Assembly: GCF_009914755.1 (NCBI RefSeq)
Contig: NC_060939.1
Strand: one strand, 5' to 3'
Origin: the human T2T-CHM13v2.0 reference genome, Homo sapiens
DNA: 64,000 nucleotides
Positions 62,201-64,000 of this stretch are shown one piece after another; within the stretch, counting starts at the first letter, position 1; each line of letters starts with the position of its first letter. The notes under the pieces are model-generated. The model worked only from the letters and a program-made list of their open reading frames with translations, made no database searches and was not told the DNA's origin. Both the position numbers and the translations under genes were made by a program.

Positions 62201-64000
62201 ACAGATATAAACAGAACATCCCATCCAACCACAGAATATACATTCTGTTCAACAGCACATGGAACTTTATCCAAGATACACCATATGATAGGCCACAAAA
62301 TGAGCATCAATAAATTTAAGAAAATTGAAATTATATCAAGCACTCTCTCAGACCACAGTGGAATAAAACTGGAAATCAACTCCAAAAGGAACTCGCAACC
62401 ATGGAAATACATGGAAATTAAATAACCTGCTCCTAAATATCATTGGGTCAAAAATGAAATCAAGATGGAAATTAAAAAATTCTTCCAACTTAACAACAAA
62501 CTGACAAAACATATCAAAACCTCTGGGATACAGTAAAGGCAGTGCTAAGAGGAAACTTCATAACCCTAAATGCCTACATCAAAAAGCCTGAAAGAGCACA
62601 AACAGACAATCTAAGGTCACACCTCAAGGAGCTAGAGAAACAAGAACAAACCAAACCCAAACCCAGCAGAAGAAAGGAAATAACCAAGATGAGAGCAGAA
62701 TTAAACAACATTGAAACAAACAAACAAAAAAAACAAATGATAAATGAAACAAAACCTGGTTATTTGAAAAGAGAAATAAAATTGAGAGACCATTAGCAAG
62801 ATTAACCAAGAAAAGAAGAGAGAAAAATCAAAATAAGCTCAGTAAGAAATGAAACAGAAGATATTACAACTCACACTGCAGAAATACAAAAGATGAGCGA
62901 AGGCTACTCTTAACACCTTTATGCGCACAAACTAGAAAACCTAGAAGAGATGGATAAATTCCTGGAAAGACACAACGCTCCTAGGTTAAATCAGGAAGAA
63001 TTAGATACCCTGAACAGACCAGTAACAAGCAGTGAGACTGAAATAATTTAAAAATTACCAAAAAGAGTCCAGGAGCAGATGGATTAACAGCAGAATTCTA
63101 CCAGATGTTGAAAGAATTGGTACCAGTTCTACTGATACTATTCAACAAGATAGAGAGGGAACCCTCCCTAAATCATTCTATGAAGCCAGTATCACCCTAA
63201 CACCAAAACCAGGAAAGGACATAAACAAAAAAGGAAACTATAGACCAATATCCCTAATGAACACAGATGCTAAAATCCTTAACAAACATACTAGCTAATC
63301 AAATCCAACAGTATATCAAAAAGATAATCCACCATGATCAAATGGTTTCATACCAGGGATGCAGGGATGTTTTAACATACACAAGTCAATGAATGTAATA
63401 CACCACATAAACAGAATTAAAAACAAAAATCACATGATCATCTCAATAGATGCAGAAAAAGCATTCAACAAAATCCAGCATCCCTTTATGATTAAAACTC
63501 TCAACAAAATCAGAATACAAGGGACATACCTCAATGTAATAAAAGCCATCTATGACAAACCCACAACCAACATAATACTGAATGGGGAAAAGTTGAAAGC
63601 ATTCCCTCTGAGAACTAGAATGAGACAAGGATGCCCACTCTCACCACTCCTCTTCAACATAGTACTGGAAGTCCTAGCCAGAGCAATCAGACAAGAGAAG
63701 GAAATAAAGACATCCAAATCAGTAAAGAGGAAGTCAAGCTGTTGTTATTTGCTGATGATCTGACTGTTACCTAGAAAACCCTAAAGACTCCTCCAGAAAA
63801 CTCTTAGAACTGATACAAGAATTCAGCAACGTTTCCAGATACAAAAATAATGTACACAAATCAGTAGCTCTCATATATACCAACAGCAACTAAGCTGAGA
63901 ATCAATCACGAACTCAACCCTTTTATAATAGCTGCAAAAAAAATTAAAATACTTAGGAATATACCTAACGTAAAAGACCTCTACAAGGAAAACTACAAAA
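59229..64000 (+). mobile_element. L1PB (L1PB1-like): 5'UTR, ORF1 and ORF2, running off the window
   Basis: 5'UTR ggacccacagacc...aaatactgtgagtgccc; ORF1 MTKQGSLIPSKNHTSSP; ORF2 [26 protein letters not shown] and [19 protein letters not shown]. Confidence 0.88.

Overview
Hominoid (human or great-ape-type) genomic DNA, AT-rich and made mostly of transposable elements. I can support no intact cellular protein-coding gene, rRNA, tRNA or CRISPR array. Every long ORF in the track is a broken L1 ORF1/ORF2/ORF0, an HSMAR1 transposase remnant, or an Alu/SVA/low-complexity artefact. Layout: an L1 stack at 1-15.7 kb (a full-length minus-strand L1PA4-like copy nested in an older L1); mostly unique DNA with old MER58A, MLT1, Tigger3, AluJ and MIR at 15.7-30.9 kb; a young SVA_A + L1PA3 + AluY cluster at 30.9-33.7 kb; old L1M and LTR pieces at 34-50 kb; and a nested MER84 provirus / HSMAR1 / AluS / L1PA6 / L1PB stack at 50-64 kb. 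The notable signals are structural: (1) a recent ~400-bp multi-switch templated insertion inside the L1PA4 that creates a 193-bp near-perfect inverted repeat over the ORF1-ORF2 boundary; (2) a 96-bp near-orphan L1 3' transduction with a 16-bp target-site duplication (TSD) and an inverted 21-nt L1 tag; (3) a perfect fold-back palindrome at the 5' end of the L1PA3; (4) an L1PB whose 5' end is replaced by a foreign, transcript-start-like leader; (5) a tailless SVA_A. Subfamily names come from recalled consensus sequences, not a RepeatMasker run.
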